Shown piece by piece: positions 36,871-46,870 of a DNA stretch of 64,000 bases (position 1 is the stretch's first letter; each line of letters starts with the position of its first letter). Under the pieces are notes generated by a model. The model was not told where the DNA came from. It saw only the letters and a list, made by a program, of their open reading frames with translations, and searched no databases. The translations under genes were made by a program, and so were the position numbers. The stretch lies in the IMG/VR virus record IMGVR_UViG_3300032315_000979, positions 44,688 through 108,687 of that record; one strand, written 5' to 3'. The DNA is from a virus.

Positions 36871-39800
36871 GTGACAGAGTTTGTCCACTTGCATTGTCAT
36901 AGCGAGCACTCGCTACTAGACGGAATGTCAACACCTGAAGAGATCGCACAAATGTCAAGCTCTAACGGTCAGTTTGCTGCAGCAATTACAGATCACGGAA
37001 CAATGGCTGGAGTTCTTAGATTTCAAGATGCGTGTCAGAAACATGCTGTGCGACCAGTTTTTGGTGTTGAGGCATACTTTGTACCTTCAGTAAAAAATGA
37101 CGGTGATGGTAAGCATGAGAGATTTCACTTAATTCTTCTTGCAAAAAATAATATTGGTCTTAATAAGTTATTTAAAATGTCACAAATTGGTTGGCAAGAT
37201 AACTTCTACTACAAGCCAAGAATTGATTTTGATCTCCTAGAGGATATGGTTGATGATGACATTATTGCACTCTCTGGTTGCAGAGGAAGCTCTATCTCAA
37301 AAGCAATTGAGGCTGGGGATTATGGGCGGGCAGAACAATTGTCCGAAAGATTTGTTAAGATTTTTAAAGACGATTTTTACTTTGAACTACAGGCTTGGAA
37401 TCCCAAAGAGATTAATGATGGATTGCTTGATTTAGCATCATCGTTTGGGAAGAAGGCGGTAGCAACTGCTGACTGCCATTTCCCAACACATGCAGACAAA
37501 GGTGTAGAAGAAGTTCTCCTTCTTGTATCCCAGTACCCAAGTATTGGTGCTCAAACAATTAATGCTGCAAAAGAAAATCTTGCAACACTACATACTTGTG
37601 GTCCAGATTTGATTGACAGAGTTAATCACCTGTACCCTGATAGGTATTTGCGGTTTGATGATATCAATCCATATATTGCTGACGCTACAACTGTGCTTTC
37701 TTGGTTTAAAGAAGCTGGGTATGATAGGCAGGATATTCTAGAAAATACAATTGAGGTTGCAAGTAAGTGTAGTGCTGAGATTGTAAAGAGAAGAAATCTT
37801 CTTCCAAAGTACATGAAGTCACTTAACTCAGACGAGTATCTATCCGAACTTACAAACTTTAGATTGAAAGAACTCAATCTTGGTGATGAGTACAAGACAA
37901 GGCTTGATGAAGAGCTTGGGATTATCAAACAACTTGGATTCTCTGATTACTTCCTAATTGTATGGGATTTGATTTCCTGGGCTGATGCGAATGGTATTGG
38001 TCGTGGTACTGGTCGTGGTTCTGTTGGTGGTAGCGTAATGGCATTCCTTCTCAACATTACAAAAGTAGATCCAATCAAATACAATCTATTGTTTGCACGA
38101 TTCATTAACCCTGATCGTAACGACTATCCTGACATTGACTTGGACTTTGAAGATAAGCGTAGAAATGAAGTTAAATCTTATTTAAGAGAAAGATGGGGGC
38201 GTGACAATGTTGCTGCAATCACTACTTATGGTACTTTTAAGCCTAAGTCGGCTATTAAAGATGTTGCTAGAGTTCTTCAAGTTTCATATGAAGAGACTAA
38301 TAACATCACTCCTTTTTTTGAGACAATTGAGGAGCTTATGGAATCGTCTAAAGGTAAGATATTTTGTAATAAGTATCCAGATGTTCCAAAAGTTGCTAAA
38401 AGACTAGAGGGAAGAATTAGAAACGCTGGTGTTCATGCTGCTGGCATGGTTGTTTCATCTATTCCACTAAGTGAAGTCTGTCCGATTGAAACAAGAAAAG
38501 AAACAGACGGTGGAGAGCGTGTAATGGTTACGGCATTTGATATGACGGATGCAGAAGCTGTTGGGCTTATTAAGATTGACATCTTAGGTCTAAAGACCGT
38601 ATCTGTAATTAAAGACTGTCTAGCGAAGATTAAAGAGCGCACAGGGCTTGATGTAGAGGCTCAATCATTGTCACTTGACGACCAAGCGGTATTTACTAAC
38701 TTCAATAACGGTAATACCGTAGGCGTATTCCAAACGGATGCTGCAGCATATAGGAACCTAATTGAGCGAATGGGAATTGATGACTTCAAGGATCTTGTTG
38801 TATCAAATGCGCTGGTTAGACCAGGAGCTTTGCTTTCGCAGGGTCAGAAGTATATTGATTGCAAGAAAGGTTTTACCGAGCCCTACTATCCTGATAAATC
38901 AGTAAAGGATATTCTTGAAGAAACATATGGTACTGTAATTTTCCAAGAGCAATTAATGCAAATGTCGGTAAAGATATCTGGTTTTACATGGTCTGATGCT
39001 GACAAGCTAAGAAAGATTATCGGAAAGAAAAGAGATGTTGCAGAATTCAAGCAGTATAAAGATAAGTTTATCAATAATGCAATCATTCCAAAAACAGAGG
39101 CAAAGCAAATGTGGTCTGAGTTTGAAATGTCTGCTCTATATATGTTCAATAAATCACATGCTGTAGCATATTCAATGCTTTCATATCAAACAATGTGGTT
39201 GAAAGTTAACTATCCACTTGAGTTCATATGGTCTCTTCTATACAACGAAGATTCGTCTGAAAAAATTACCGCTTACTTGATGGAAGCTCAGAGACTAAAG
39301 ATTAATATTCTTCCACCAGATGTTAACTATTCGGAAGAATACTTTACAACATATGACAAAGATGGAGTAGAGGGAATCAGATTTGGTCTGTCAAATGTTG
39401 CTGGTTGTGGTGCATCGGCTATTAAAGAAATTACATCTAAGAGACCATTCAACTGCTTAGATGAATTCAACAACAAATGCTCTAAATCCGCTGTTAAAGC
39501 TCCGCTTAGAGAAAACTTAGAAAAGGTGGGTGCCTATGCGTCACTTAATCATGTATCTCAATATCAGCACGAAAGATACTATCTCCCAGTCCTGGGCTTC
39601 TCCATCCAGTCGGGTGAAGAAAAGAATGAGATGGATGAATTCGTTGGTAATCTTGCTGATTTCCATGAAATCAATTCTTCATTAACTCTTATTAAAGCAA
39701 TTGTTAGATCAACAAAGAAAACACCTCAGTATCTGAGAATTGAATTTGAAGATCACTCAGGTTCAGCTACCGTGTTTGCGGATAGAAATACTGAGATGGC

Positions 39801-40269
39801 AAATAGAGATTATGTATACGCTTTGATTGGAGATAGAACACTTCATTCTTTCTGTGATGCTTATAATTTCATCGGCTCAGACTTGCATAAGTTTATTACT
39901 CTTAGACAAAAGGGTGATAATCATGAATACAACTGGCTGTATGATACTGGTCTTGGTCATGTTGATGAAGAAAAGACTCTTATGTATGTTATGCACTCAA
40001 GAGTCTTTACAACATCAAAAGATAAGACAATGGCTAACATGTATTGCTGGGATGGAAAGCAGATATTTAAGGTTGTTATTTTCCCTAGACCATATACCAA
40101 GCTCAAGGGTATTATCAAGCAGGGACAATGGTATGCAGCAAGGCTTTCAAAGATTGAGGAAAAGCAAACTCTAACTCGTATGGACTCATACAAGGTGGAA
40201 TCTGACTCTGCTATTATTAGCATTGAAAATTATATTGAAAGAAAAAATCTGGTCAAAGCTATTGTCTAA
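36871..40269 (+). CDS. dnaE: DNA polymerase III alpha subunit with PHP domain
   Basis: HLHCHSEHSLLDG, ITDHG, GRGSVGGS, PDIDLDF, HAAG, KIDILGL, FNKSHAVAY. Confidence 0.95.
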   Translation: MTEFVHLHCHSEHSLLDGMSTPEEIAQMSSSNGQFAAAITDHGTMAGVLRFQDACQKHAVRPVFGVEAYFVPSVKNDGDGKHERFHLILLAKNNIGLNKLFKMSQIGWQDNFYYKPRIDFDLLEDMVDDDIIALSGCRGSSISKAIEAGDYGRAEQLSERFVKIFKDDFYFELQAWNPKEINDGLLDLASSFGKKAVATADCHFPTHADKGVEEVLLLVSQYPSIGAQTINAAKENLATLHTCGPDLIDRVNHLYPDRYLRFDDINPYIADATTVLSWFKEAGYDRQDILENTIEVASKCSAEIVKRRNLLPKYMKSLNSDEYLSELTNFRLKELNLGDEYKTRLDEELGIIKQLGFSDYFLIVWDLISWADANGIGRGTGRGSVGGSVMAFLLNITKVDPIKYNLLFARFINPDRNDYPDIDLDFEDKRRNEVKSYLRERWGRDNVAAITTYGTFKPKSAIKDVARVLQVSYEETNNITPFFETIEELMESSKGKIFCNKYPDVPKVAKRLEGRIRNAGVHAAGMVVSSIPLSEVCPIETRKETDGGERVMVTAFDMTDAEAVGLIKIDILGLKTVSVIKDCLAKIKERTGLDVEAQSLSLDDQAVFTNFNNGNTVGVFQTDAAAYRNLIERMGIDDFKDLVVSNALVRPGALLSQGQKYIDCKKGFTEPYYPDKSVKDILEETYGTVIFQEQLMQMSVKISGFTWSDADKLRKIIGKKRDVAEFKQYKDKFINNAIIPKTEAKQMWSEFEMSALYMFNKSHAVAYSMLSYQTMWLKVNYPLEFIWSLLYNEDSSEKITAYLMEAQRLKINILPPDVNYSEEYFTTYDKDGVEGIRFGLSNVAGCGASAIKEITSKRPFNCLDEFNNKCSKSAVKAPLRENLEKVGAYASLNHVSQYQHERYYLPVLGFSIQSGEEKNEMDEFVGNLADFHEINSSLTLIKAIVRSTKKTPQYLRIEFEDHSGSATVFADRNTEMANRDYVYALIGDRTLHSFCDAYNFIGSDLHKFITLRQKGDNHEYNWLYDTGLGHVDEEKTLMYVMHSRVFTTSKDKTMANMYCWDGKQIFKVVIFPRPYTKLKGIIKQGQWYAARLSKIEEKQTLTRMDSYKVESDSAIISIENYIERKNLVKAIV

Positions 40270-40991
40270 TGAAGTTAACTATATACATTCCTACATATAA
40301 AAGAGAATCTCTTGATGCTTGCTTAAATAGTATTGCATCACAGCACAATGACCATGTTGAAATTATTGTCTCTGATAACGACCAGGATGGCTCTGCGGGA
40401 AACATAGTTTATAAATATAAAGATTATGTATCTGAGTATTCAATTAGAAAACAAAATATTGGCTGTGATGGAAATTGTTTACATGGAATCACAGCTGGTG
40501 ATGGAGAATATGTATGGGTCGTTGGGGATGATGACATTATCCTACCAGGGGCTATAGATACTATTTTATCAATGCTTGATGGAACAGACCGCATAATGCA
40601 ATTTTCACCGTATTCTGGTGAAGTAACACCTGGGTTTTCTGGTACAATGTCTGGGTTGATAACTACACTTAATGATAAATCATTTTTAATTGCTGCGACA
40701 TTGGCAAGTATGAATGTGTGGAGAAGGGATGCTATGGACTTTAGAACAGGAGTAAAGCACTTGGATTCTAGAAATGTTTTGGCTTGGGCTGGTCTCAACT
40801 GCAAGACAGTTAGTATTCCAAGTACTCCAACAGTTTTGGTTAATGATACTAATCATTTTGAATTTAGGGATTTTGATCGGGTTATGTTTGAATACTCAGA
40901 TGCACTAGCTGATGCTAATAGTGTTGAGAGATTTACTTTTTATAATGCAAATAAATGGAATTTCGTTAGCGCTTCATTGGAGAAAAAATGA
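40269..40991 (+). CDS. glycosyltransferase family 2 (GT-A)
   Basis: LTIYIPTYKR, EIIVSDN, NIGCDGN, YVWVVGDDD. Confidence 0.85.
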   Translation: MKLTIYIPTYKRESLDACLNSIASQHNDHVEIIVSDNDQDGSAGNIVYKYKDYVSEYSIRKQNIGCDGNCLHGITAGDGEYVWVVGDDDIILPGAIDTILSMLDGTDRIMQFSPYSGEVTPGFSGTMSGLITTLNDKSFLIAATLASMNVWRRDAMDFRTGVKHLDSRNVLAWAGLNCKTVSIPSTPTVLVNDTNHFEFRDFDRVMFEYSDALADANSVERFTFYNANKWNFVSASLEKK

Positions 40992-41422
40992 TTGTATATA
41001 CAGGTGGAACATTTGATCTATTTCATTCGGGTCATAGTAGATTACTAGAGAGATGTAAGAAAATAGCTGGCGTTGATGGTCAAGTAGTGGTGTCAGTTAA
41101 CCCAAGCGAGTTCTGCTCTCAATATAAAGAACCACCAATTTGTGATTTGTTTGAAAGAATGGAAGTTGTGTCTTCTTGTAAATGGGTGGATAAAGTTATC
41201 ATCAACACAGGTGGGGCTGACTCAAAACCTGCTATCCTAGAGGCAAAAGCAGATGTCATTGTTGTCGGCTCAGATTGGGAAACCAAAGACTATTTTAAAC
41301 AAATGGACTTTACCCAAGAATGGCTTGACGAGCATAATATTAAAGTTGTCTTTGTTCCTTACAGTGAACATATATCAACAACAATTATTAAATCAAGAAT
41401 TCTAGACAGAATGTTTCAATAA
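40988..41422 (+). CDS. TagD-like cytidylyltransferase
   Basis: YTGGTFDLFHSGH (HxGH), VVGSDW, ISTTIIK. Confidence 0.9.
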   Translation: MIVYTGGTFDLFHSGHSRLLERCKKIAGVDGQVVVSVNPSEFCSQYKEPPICDLFERMEVVSSCKWVDKVIINTGGADSKPAILEAKADVIVVGSDWETKDYFKQMDFTQEWLDEHNIKVVFVPYSEHISTTIIKSRILDRMFQ

Positions 41423-41431
41423 AGGAGAAAT

Positions 41432-42346
41432 ATGTTAATTGTAGATAAGCGTAAAGGGCACACAATGCCCATTCATGATGTTATTCCAACTCCCAGCATC
41501 GGTTTGAATCGGGCTTTAGGTGGCGGACTTAATACTGGTGCGACTCACTTGTTTTGGGGTACTCCATCGGTGGGTAAAACGACTATGTGTTTTCGGATTA
41601 TTGCCGAAGCCCAAAAGCTTGGGTATCGCCCCGTTATCATTGACTCGGAGTCATCTTATAATGATGAGTATGCTGCCAAGTGCGGGATTAACATTGAAGA
41701 TGTTGTAATCATTCAATCAACGATTGTAGAAGACATCATGAAGAATCTGATCGGATATCTGACGGATGATAAGGAGAAGCATATCTTCTTGTTTGACTCG
41801 CTGTCTAACATCATCAAGGAAGAGTTCTATGATAAGCCTGAAGGTGGTAAAGCAATGGGCTTGCAATCACGCTCGCAGGGCTACCTGTTGCAGAAGCTGG
41901 TGAACTATCTCCATAAGGAGCGCAACATCATGTTGTTCGTTGCTCACCAAACAGTTGACTTGAGCGGAATGTTTGCTATCACGAAAGCCAAGATGGGCAA
42001 CACGGTTCACCATAACATGCACAACATCGTCAAGTTGTTCTTGTCAATGTCAAAGGGTGAAATGGAGCGTGAGGAGAATAACATGATCACCTCGCAACGA
42101 GCGACTTGGACTGTTGAAAAGACAAAGCAAATTCCTACCATCGGGGCAACGGGATATTATTATGTTCTGCCACAAGAGGGAAGAATTGACCAAGAGCGTG
42201 AGATTATTGATATTGCCATTGAGATGGATATTATTCAACGCAAGGGTGCCTGGTATAACTATGAAGAAAGCAAATGGAATGGTATGGGCTCAATTGAATT
42301 GACTGCCAAACAGTCAAAGGATATCCTCAAGCTCATTAATGCGTGA
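41432..42346 (+). CDS. recA: RecA/UvsX-like recombinase
   Basis: LNRALGGG, Walker A GTPSVGKT, IDSE, FDSLS, IIQRKGAWY. Confidence 0.85.
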   Translation: MLIVDKRKGHTMPIHDVIPTPSIGLNRALGGGLNTGATHLFWGTPSVGKTTMCFRIIAEAQKLGYRPVIIDSESSYNDEYAAKCGINIEDVVIIQSTIVEDIMKNLIGYLTDDKEKHIFLFDSLSNIIKEEFYDKPEGGKAMGLQSRSQGYLLQKLVNYLHKERNIMLFVAHQTVDLSGMFAITKAKMGNTVHHNMHNIVKLFLSMSKGEMEREENNMITSQRATWTVEKTKQIPTIGATGYYYVLPQEGRIDQEREIIDIAIEMDIIQRKGAWYNYEESKWNGMGSIELTAKQSKDILKLINA

Positions 42347-43599
42347 TATTTTCAATCCATACTGATCAGCATATTAAAGATGCAAAAAGTATATTTGGCT
42401 ACGCCTATGGATATAACAACATTGTAAAGCACTTTAATCAGTTCACCTACTATGGGAAGCAAATGCAGGTTGTTGATAACGATCCGTCTGCACAGGTTCA
42501 GATGTTTTATATGGAACCAGAATGGCATCACCATATAACTGGTCAGGATTTTCGTCAGCCTGGATTTAAAAAACATCATGACCATCAGTACAAGATTAAT
42601 GGTACATACCTAGAAGCAACCAAAGCTTGGGAATGGTGGATTCCCACCATGAAAACATTTGATGAGATCTGGGTGGGCAATCAATTCTCTGCAGATGCAG
42701 TTGCTAACTCTGGTGTTGATACCCCTACATACATCTTTGAATTAGGCGTTGATGATATGTGGACACCTTTTAAAAGAGGAAATCGGGGAAAGATTAGATT
42801 CCTTCATGTTGACTCCGATAGTGCTCGCAAGAGAGCAGATCTTGTTGAAGCAGCCTTTCTTAAATTATTCAAGGGTAATGATGATGTTGAACTTACATTA
42901 AAGTATCACGGCGATGGAAGTCCAGATGGTTACAGCGTCATGAGTCTGTTTAATCAATCTGCTGAGAGTAATGTTAAGAAGATATTTAAAACTATTACGC
43001 AAGAAGAGATGGTTCAGCTATATCACGATCATGACATCTTGGTGTACCCAACAGAGGGTGAAGGGTTCGGGCTAATCCCTCTCCAGGCATTAGCAACAGG
43101 TATGCCTACCATTTCAACAAGTAGATGGTGTTCGTATGAAAAATATCTTGGTGACAATATTATTGAATCAACGCTTGGTAAAACACAACACTCTGGTTAT
43201 CATACTGGCGATGTTATTCTTCCAGACTTTGACTCAACCGTTGAGTTGATGAAGAATGCGGTTGATAATTTTGATGCTCAGTGTGATTACTATTATAAGC
43301 AAGCTCCTAAGGTCATTAAAGAATACAACTGGCAGTCTCAGTGTGACAAGATGCTTAAGTCTTTAATTAAGCGTGTTGGGATAAGTATGTTTGAACCAAT
43401 TGAGGGCGTAGTCAGGGATAAGTACATATATCTTCAAAGCGGGGCTGGATATAGCACAGGCAATGATGTAAAATTCTCAAGAGAGAAGCCGATACAAAAG
43501 GTTTCCGATGATGAGTATAATTCTTTAATTAGAAATCCTAATTTTAGAAAACCAACCGATCAAGAGATTACAAAATATTTAGGAGGCTATAATGGATAG
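42343..43599 (+). CDS. GT4 (GT-B) glycosyltransferase with extra C-terminal domain
   Basis: RFLHV..RKRAD, YPTEGEGFGLIPLQALATGMPTI. Confidence 0.85.
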   Translation: MIFSIHTDQHIKDAKSIFGYAYGYNNIVKHFNQFTYYGKQMQVVDNDPSAQVQMFYMEPEWHHHITGQDFRQPGFKKHHDHQYKINGTYLEATKAWEWWIPTMKTFDEIWVGNQFSADAVANSGVDTPTYIFELGVDDMWTPFKRGNRGKIRFLHVDSDSARKRADLVEAAFLKLFKGNDDVELTLKYHGDGSPDGYSVMSLFNQSAESNVKKIFKTITQEEMVQLYHDHDILVYPTEGEGFGLIPLQALATGMPTISTSRWCSYEKYLGDNIIESTLGKTQHSGYHTGDVILPDFDSTVELMKNAVDNFDAQCDYYYKQAPKVIKEYNWQSQCDKMLKSLIKRVGISMFEPIEGVVRDKYIYLQSGAGYSTGNDVKFSREKPIQKVSDDEYNSLIRNPNFRKPTDQEITKYLGGYNG

Positions 43600-43933
43600 T
43601 ATGGAGTTTAATAATTATCAGTTTCGTGCGGCAAAGACCGCCATTTACCCTAAAGAGGGCTTACAGGGGCTCCTATACACCTCTCTGGGGCTCGTATCAG
43701 AGGCTGGTGAGGTCGCTGGGAAGGTTAAAAAGGTGCTCCGTGACGATCAGAGCATCATTTCTCCAGACCGTCATGAGCAGCTCGTAGATGAACTTGGTGA
43801 TGTGTTGTGGTATTGCGCAATGGTTGCAGATGAATTAGGAATCACTCTTGGCTATGTTGCTATGAGAAATATAGATAAGCTAGAGGATCGGATGAATCGT
43901 GGTAAAATCCAGGGTTCAGGAGATAACCGATAA
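43592..43933 (+). CDS. MazG-like nucleotide pyrophosphohydrolase
   Basis: GLVSEAGEV..KVKK, DELGDVLWY, GSGDNR. Confidence 0.9.
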   Translation: MDSMEFNNYQFRAAKTAIYPKEGLQGLLYTSLGLVSEAGEVAGKVKKVLRDDQSIISPDRHEQLVDELGDVLWYCAMVADELGITLGYVAMRNIDKLEDRMNRGKIQGSGDNR

Positions 43934-43975
43934 TTATTGCACGATTACAGTAGTTATGAGATCCTATAACTACCT

Positions 43976-44152
43976 ATGGTTGTATCAAAAAAGAAATTAA
44001 TCAAAGATGTCTCTAGATTAGAAAAAAAGCTTAGAGAAACTGAAAGCAAACTGCTTGCTATTCGTGTACAATACATCTTGATGAGAGCAGATCGTAATCG
44101 TCTGAAAGAAGAATTAGGTGAAGAGAACAGAGAAGGAAGAGATCAAGCGTGA
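43976..44152 (+). CDS. 58-aa coiled-coil protein, absent from the ORF track
   Basis: Read by hand: MVVSKKKLIKDVSRLEKKLRETESKLLAIRVQYILMRADRNRLKEELGEENREGRDQA. Confidence 0.55.
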   Translation: MVVSKKKLIKDVSRLEKKLRETESKLLAIRVQYILMRADRNRLKEELGEENREGRDQA

Positions 44153-44420
44153 CAACGCCAAGGCTGTCAAGAATTCGGGTCGGGGGCTTAGGAAAGGGGA
44201 TGCTTCTCTTCATAAGTTTTTGGTTGATTATAAGCATAATGAAAAAACTTTTACGCTAACCATCAAAGCTTGGACTAAGATGAGAAAAGATGCATGGAAT
44301 GCAAACTATAAATATCCATGCATTTCTGTTGTTTTCGGAGAGAACTCTGAGTCAAAGGTCGCTATAATTGACTGGGAAGTATTCCAGGATTTAATTAAAG
44401 GAAGCGAATATGAAGCTTAA
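44118..44420 (+). CDS. PD-(D/E)xK Holliday-junction-resolvase-like nuclease
   Basis: KNSGRG..KGDA...VDYK. Confidence 0.7.
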   Translation: MKRTEKEEIKRDNAKAVKNSGRGLRKGDASLHKFLVDYKHNEKTFTLTIKAWTKMRKDAWNANYKYPCISVVFGENSESKVAIIDWEVFQDLIKGSEYEA

Positions 44421-44586
44421 ATTTTGTTGCGATAAACTATCTGGTCACAAGAGTCTTGGTATAAACCTTGATCATGATGAATTCGCTATTGGTGTAAATC
44501 TTATATTTTGGTTTGTTGGGATTGCAAAAGTTTATCCACCATATCAAGCTTTAGTTAAAACAGAGGATCTAAGAAAGGATATTTAA
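44410..44586 (+). CDS. 58-aa hypothetical protein, absent from the ORF track
   Basis: Read by hand: MKLKFCCDKLSGHKSLGINLDHDEFAIGVNLIFWFVGIAKVYPP...; TAATG-coupled to the next gene. Confidence 0.6.
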   Translation: MKLKFCCDKLSGHKSLGINLDHDEFAIGVNLIFWFVGIAKVYPPYQALVKTEDLRKDI

Positions 44587-44903
44587 TGCCAGATATTATT
44601 GTTGACCCTGAAGTTCTTGCAGCGCAGATGGGTGATAAGTCAGAAGAGTTTATTAAATGCTTGGGTATTGTCCAAGACATTATTGAGAATCCACAAGATT
44701 ATATTGGTATGCAAGCTATTAAGTATGCAAACATCTTGGCTGGGTATAGAACGCTTATGATTGTGAAATCACAAGCCTTTAAAAGAAGATCTACTATTAT
44801 GAGCGAACAAGATAAGTTTGTTAATGATATTTGGAAAACAATGTACGAAGCACTAACTGAAAACATCAATGCCTTAAAACTGGCAGCAAAAGGAGTAAAT
44901 TAA
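44586..44903 (+). CDS. helical hypothetical protein
   Basis: 105 aa; conserved-looking position before the Cas4-like nuclease. Confidence 0.65.
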   Translation: MPDIIVDPEVLAAQMGDKSEEFIKCLGIVQDIIENPQDYIGMQAIKYANILAGYRTLMIVKSQAFKRRSTIMSEQDKFVNDIWKTMYEALTENINALKLAAKGVN

Positions 44904-45653
44904 ATGAAGGCACTAAAGCAATTAAGAACACCGAAAGCGGTAGCTCCCGAAGGTGGTGAGGTTGTGATGAAGGATTTAGTTGAGGCTATCAATGATCATC
45001 TTGCTCTTAGAAATACAACAAACTTTAAGAAAGTCAATGGTTTCCACCCTAGTTATACTAATCAGTGCGCTAGGTACTGGTATTACATGTTTGAAGGGGC
45101 AAATGTAACACCTTCATTTAGCTCTCAGACATATCGTATTTTTGATAATGGACATGCTGTTCACGAAAGGCTTTATAGTTATCTCAGGGATATGGGTATT
45201 CTAGTTGCTGAAGAAATTAAGGTAACTCATACAGATCCACCAATTGAAGGTACTGCGGATGGTATAATTAACTGGTATGGTGAAAAACTAATTGAGCTGA
45301 AATCAATCAGTCAAGAAGGTTTTCATTATAGACAATTACATAATAAACCAAAAGATGAACATTACCGACAAGCCCAGATTTACATGGAATGCCTGAACCT
45401 AGATTCTGGCTTTGTAATTTACGAAAACAAAAACAATCAAGAGATTCTCCCTATCTTTATTGAGAGGGATCAACCTTTTATTGACAAACTATTTAAAAAG
45501 TATAGGAAGTTCTATGGCTCATATTTGAGTCAAGAAATTCCTGTCCAGCCTTACAAGAGGACATCGGCTAACTGTAACTCTTGTGATTTGGCTGCTCTCT
45601 GCTGGGCAGAAGGAGTACAGGATTATGAAGGAAAAGGGGAAGAGCCCTTCTAG
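44904..45653 (+). CDS. Cas4-like PD-(D/E)xK exonuclease
   Basis: CARYW, GHAVHER, GTADG, IELKS, QAQIY, CNSC. Confidence 0.85.
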   Translation: MKALKQLRTPKAVAPEGGEVVMKDLVEAINDHLALRNTTNFKKVNGFHPSYTNQCARYWYYMFEGANVTPSFSSQTYRIFDNGHAVHERLYSYLRDMGILVAEEIKVTHTDPPIEGTADGIINWYGEKLIELKSISQEGFHYRQLHNKPKDEHYRQAQIYMECLNLDSGFVIYENKNNQEILPIFIERDQPFIDKLFKKYRKFYGSYLSQEIPVQPYKRTSANCNSCDLAALCWAEGVQDYEGKGEEPF

Positions 45654-45676
45654 ATTTAATTTATGTGAACGGGTAG

Positions 45677-45988
45677 ATGGCTAGTGACGAGCATAGGATT
45701 TGTGCATACGAAGAGTGCGGAAAAGAATTCTGTGCAAAAGTTTACAATGCCATCTACTGTTCCGCAGAATGTAGAAAGATTGTAACAAATAGAAATTTAT
45801 TGGCAAGCTATTATGAAAAAAAAGCTAATAAAAATAAAAAAAGAACTTGTAAGACAAAAAATTGTAAAACTATTTTATCAAGGTATAATAAAGAAACTAT
45901 TTGTGAGTCTTGCAAAAGAGAGCGCTATGTAAAAAGACTTGTCTCTTGGGGCTGGTCAGAAGACAATGTTAGGCGTGGTATGGAATGA
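45677..45988 (+). CDS. multi-Cys Zn-finger protein
   Basis: CAYEEC..YCSAEC..CKTKNC..CESC. Confidence 0.7.
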   Translation: MASDEHRICAYEECGKEFCAKVYNAIYCSAECRKIVTNRNLLASYYEKKANKNKKRTCKTKNCKTILSRYNKETICESCKRERYVKRLVSWGWSEDNVRRGME

Positions 45989-46581
45989 GTGTGAGATCAC
46001 TTGTTTCATCAATTAAATCTGAGCGAATTGTTGCTATAGACCCATCCTCGCATTCTCTTGCTTGGGTTATTTATGATGTAACCCTAGACAAGATTGATCT
46101 CGTAGCGAATGGTAAAATTGATTATAGAAAAGATAAAGATGTTTCACTTAAATTCAAAGCTATTGATACTGGCTTGAATGAGATAATTAAGGAGTACAGA
46201 CCTAAGAATGCGATTATTGAACAATCTATTTATGTACAAAATTTTGAAACGAGCAGGATTATCTCGTATGTTATTGGCTACAGTTGGGGAGTACTCAGCG
46301 CTGGAGGCTGCCTGGTCTCGGATGTCAACCCGTTGATGTGGAAGTCTGGTATCGGATATAAAAATCTTTCAAAGAAAGATACTGAAGCATTTAAAAATGA
46401 TGGTGAGAAGGGTTCTCTCCAGATTAAGCAAAAGAACGAAAGAAAGAAAAGAGTTCGGAATATCGTAAGTAAATATTTTGATAAGGGCGACATCGGTATT
46501 GACGATGATGATATTATAGATGCTGCAGGGATTGGTTTATGGTTTGCTTTAAAGAAGATACAGGGGTCTGTTAATGGCTAA
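45985..46581 (+). CDS. ruvC: RuvC-like resolvase
   Basis: VAIDPS, IIEQ, W K, DDIIDAAGIG. Confidence 0.8.
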   Translation: MSVRSLVSSIKSERIVAIDPSSHSLAWVIYDVTLDKIDLVANGKIDYRKDKDVSLKFKAIDTGLNEIIKEYRPKNAIIEQSIYVQNFETSRIISYVIGYSWGVLSAGGCLVSDVNPLMWKSGIGYKNLSKKDTEAFKNDGEKGSLQIKQKNERKKRVRNIVSKYFDKGDIGIDDDDIIDAAGIGLWFALKKIQGSVNG

Positions 46582-46870
46582 TGAACCCTATAAAGATAAA
46601 TCTTTTCTTTATGAAATGTATGTTCAGAGAAGAATGAACCTTACCGATATCTGTAAGCATTTAAAAGAAAGTTATAACATTGAGGTTACTCCTCAGGCTA
46701 TTTATAACTGGGTAAAGAAATACGATTTGCTTAAATTTAGAGGAAAAGGAAGAAGTCTCACAACAGCTGGTCCTAAAAGAGAGAAGTCGGCGGCTCAAGT
46801 TGATGCTGAGAAGCGTAAAAGAGAATTGCGTAAGAGAAGTGAATTGCAAAGAAAAAGGATGGGAAGATGA
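46574..46870 (+). CDS. HTH DNA-binding protein
   Basis: LYEMYV..MNLTDIC..VTPQAIYNWVKK; basic tail. Confidence 0.7.
   Translation: MANEPYKDKSFLYEMYVQRRMNLTDICKHLKESYNIEVTPQAIYNWVKKYDLLKFRGKGRSLTTAGPKREKSAAQVDAEKRKRELRKRSELQRKRMGR

Noticed and set aside
44904-45653. Cas4-like gene as a sign of CRISPR-Cas
   Set aside because: No cas1/cas2 or repeat-spacer array seen; solo Cas4-like nucleases are common in phage recombination blocks.
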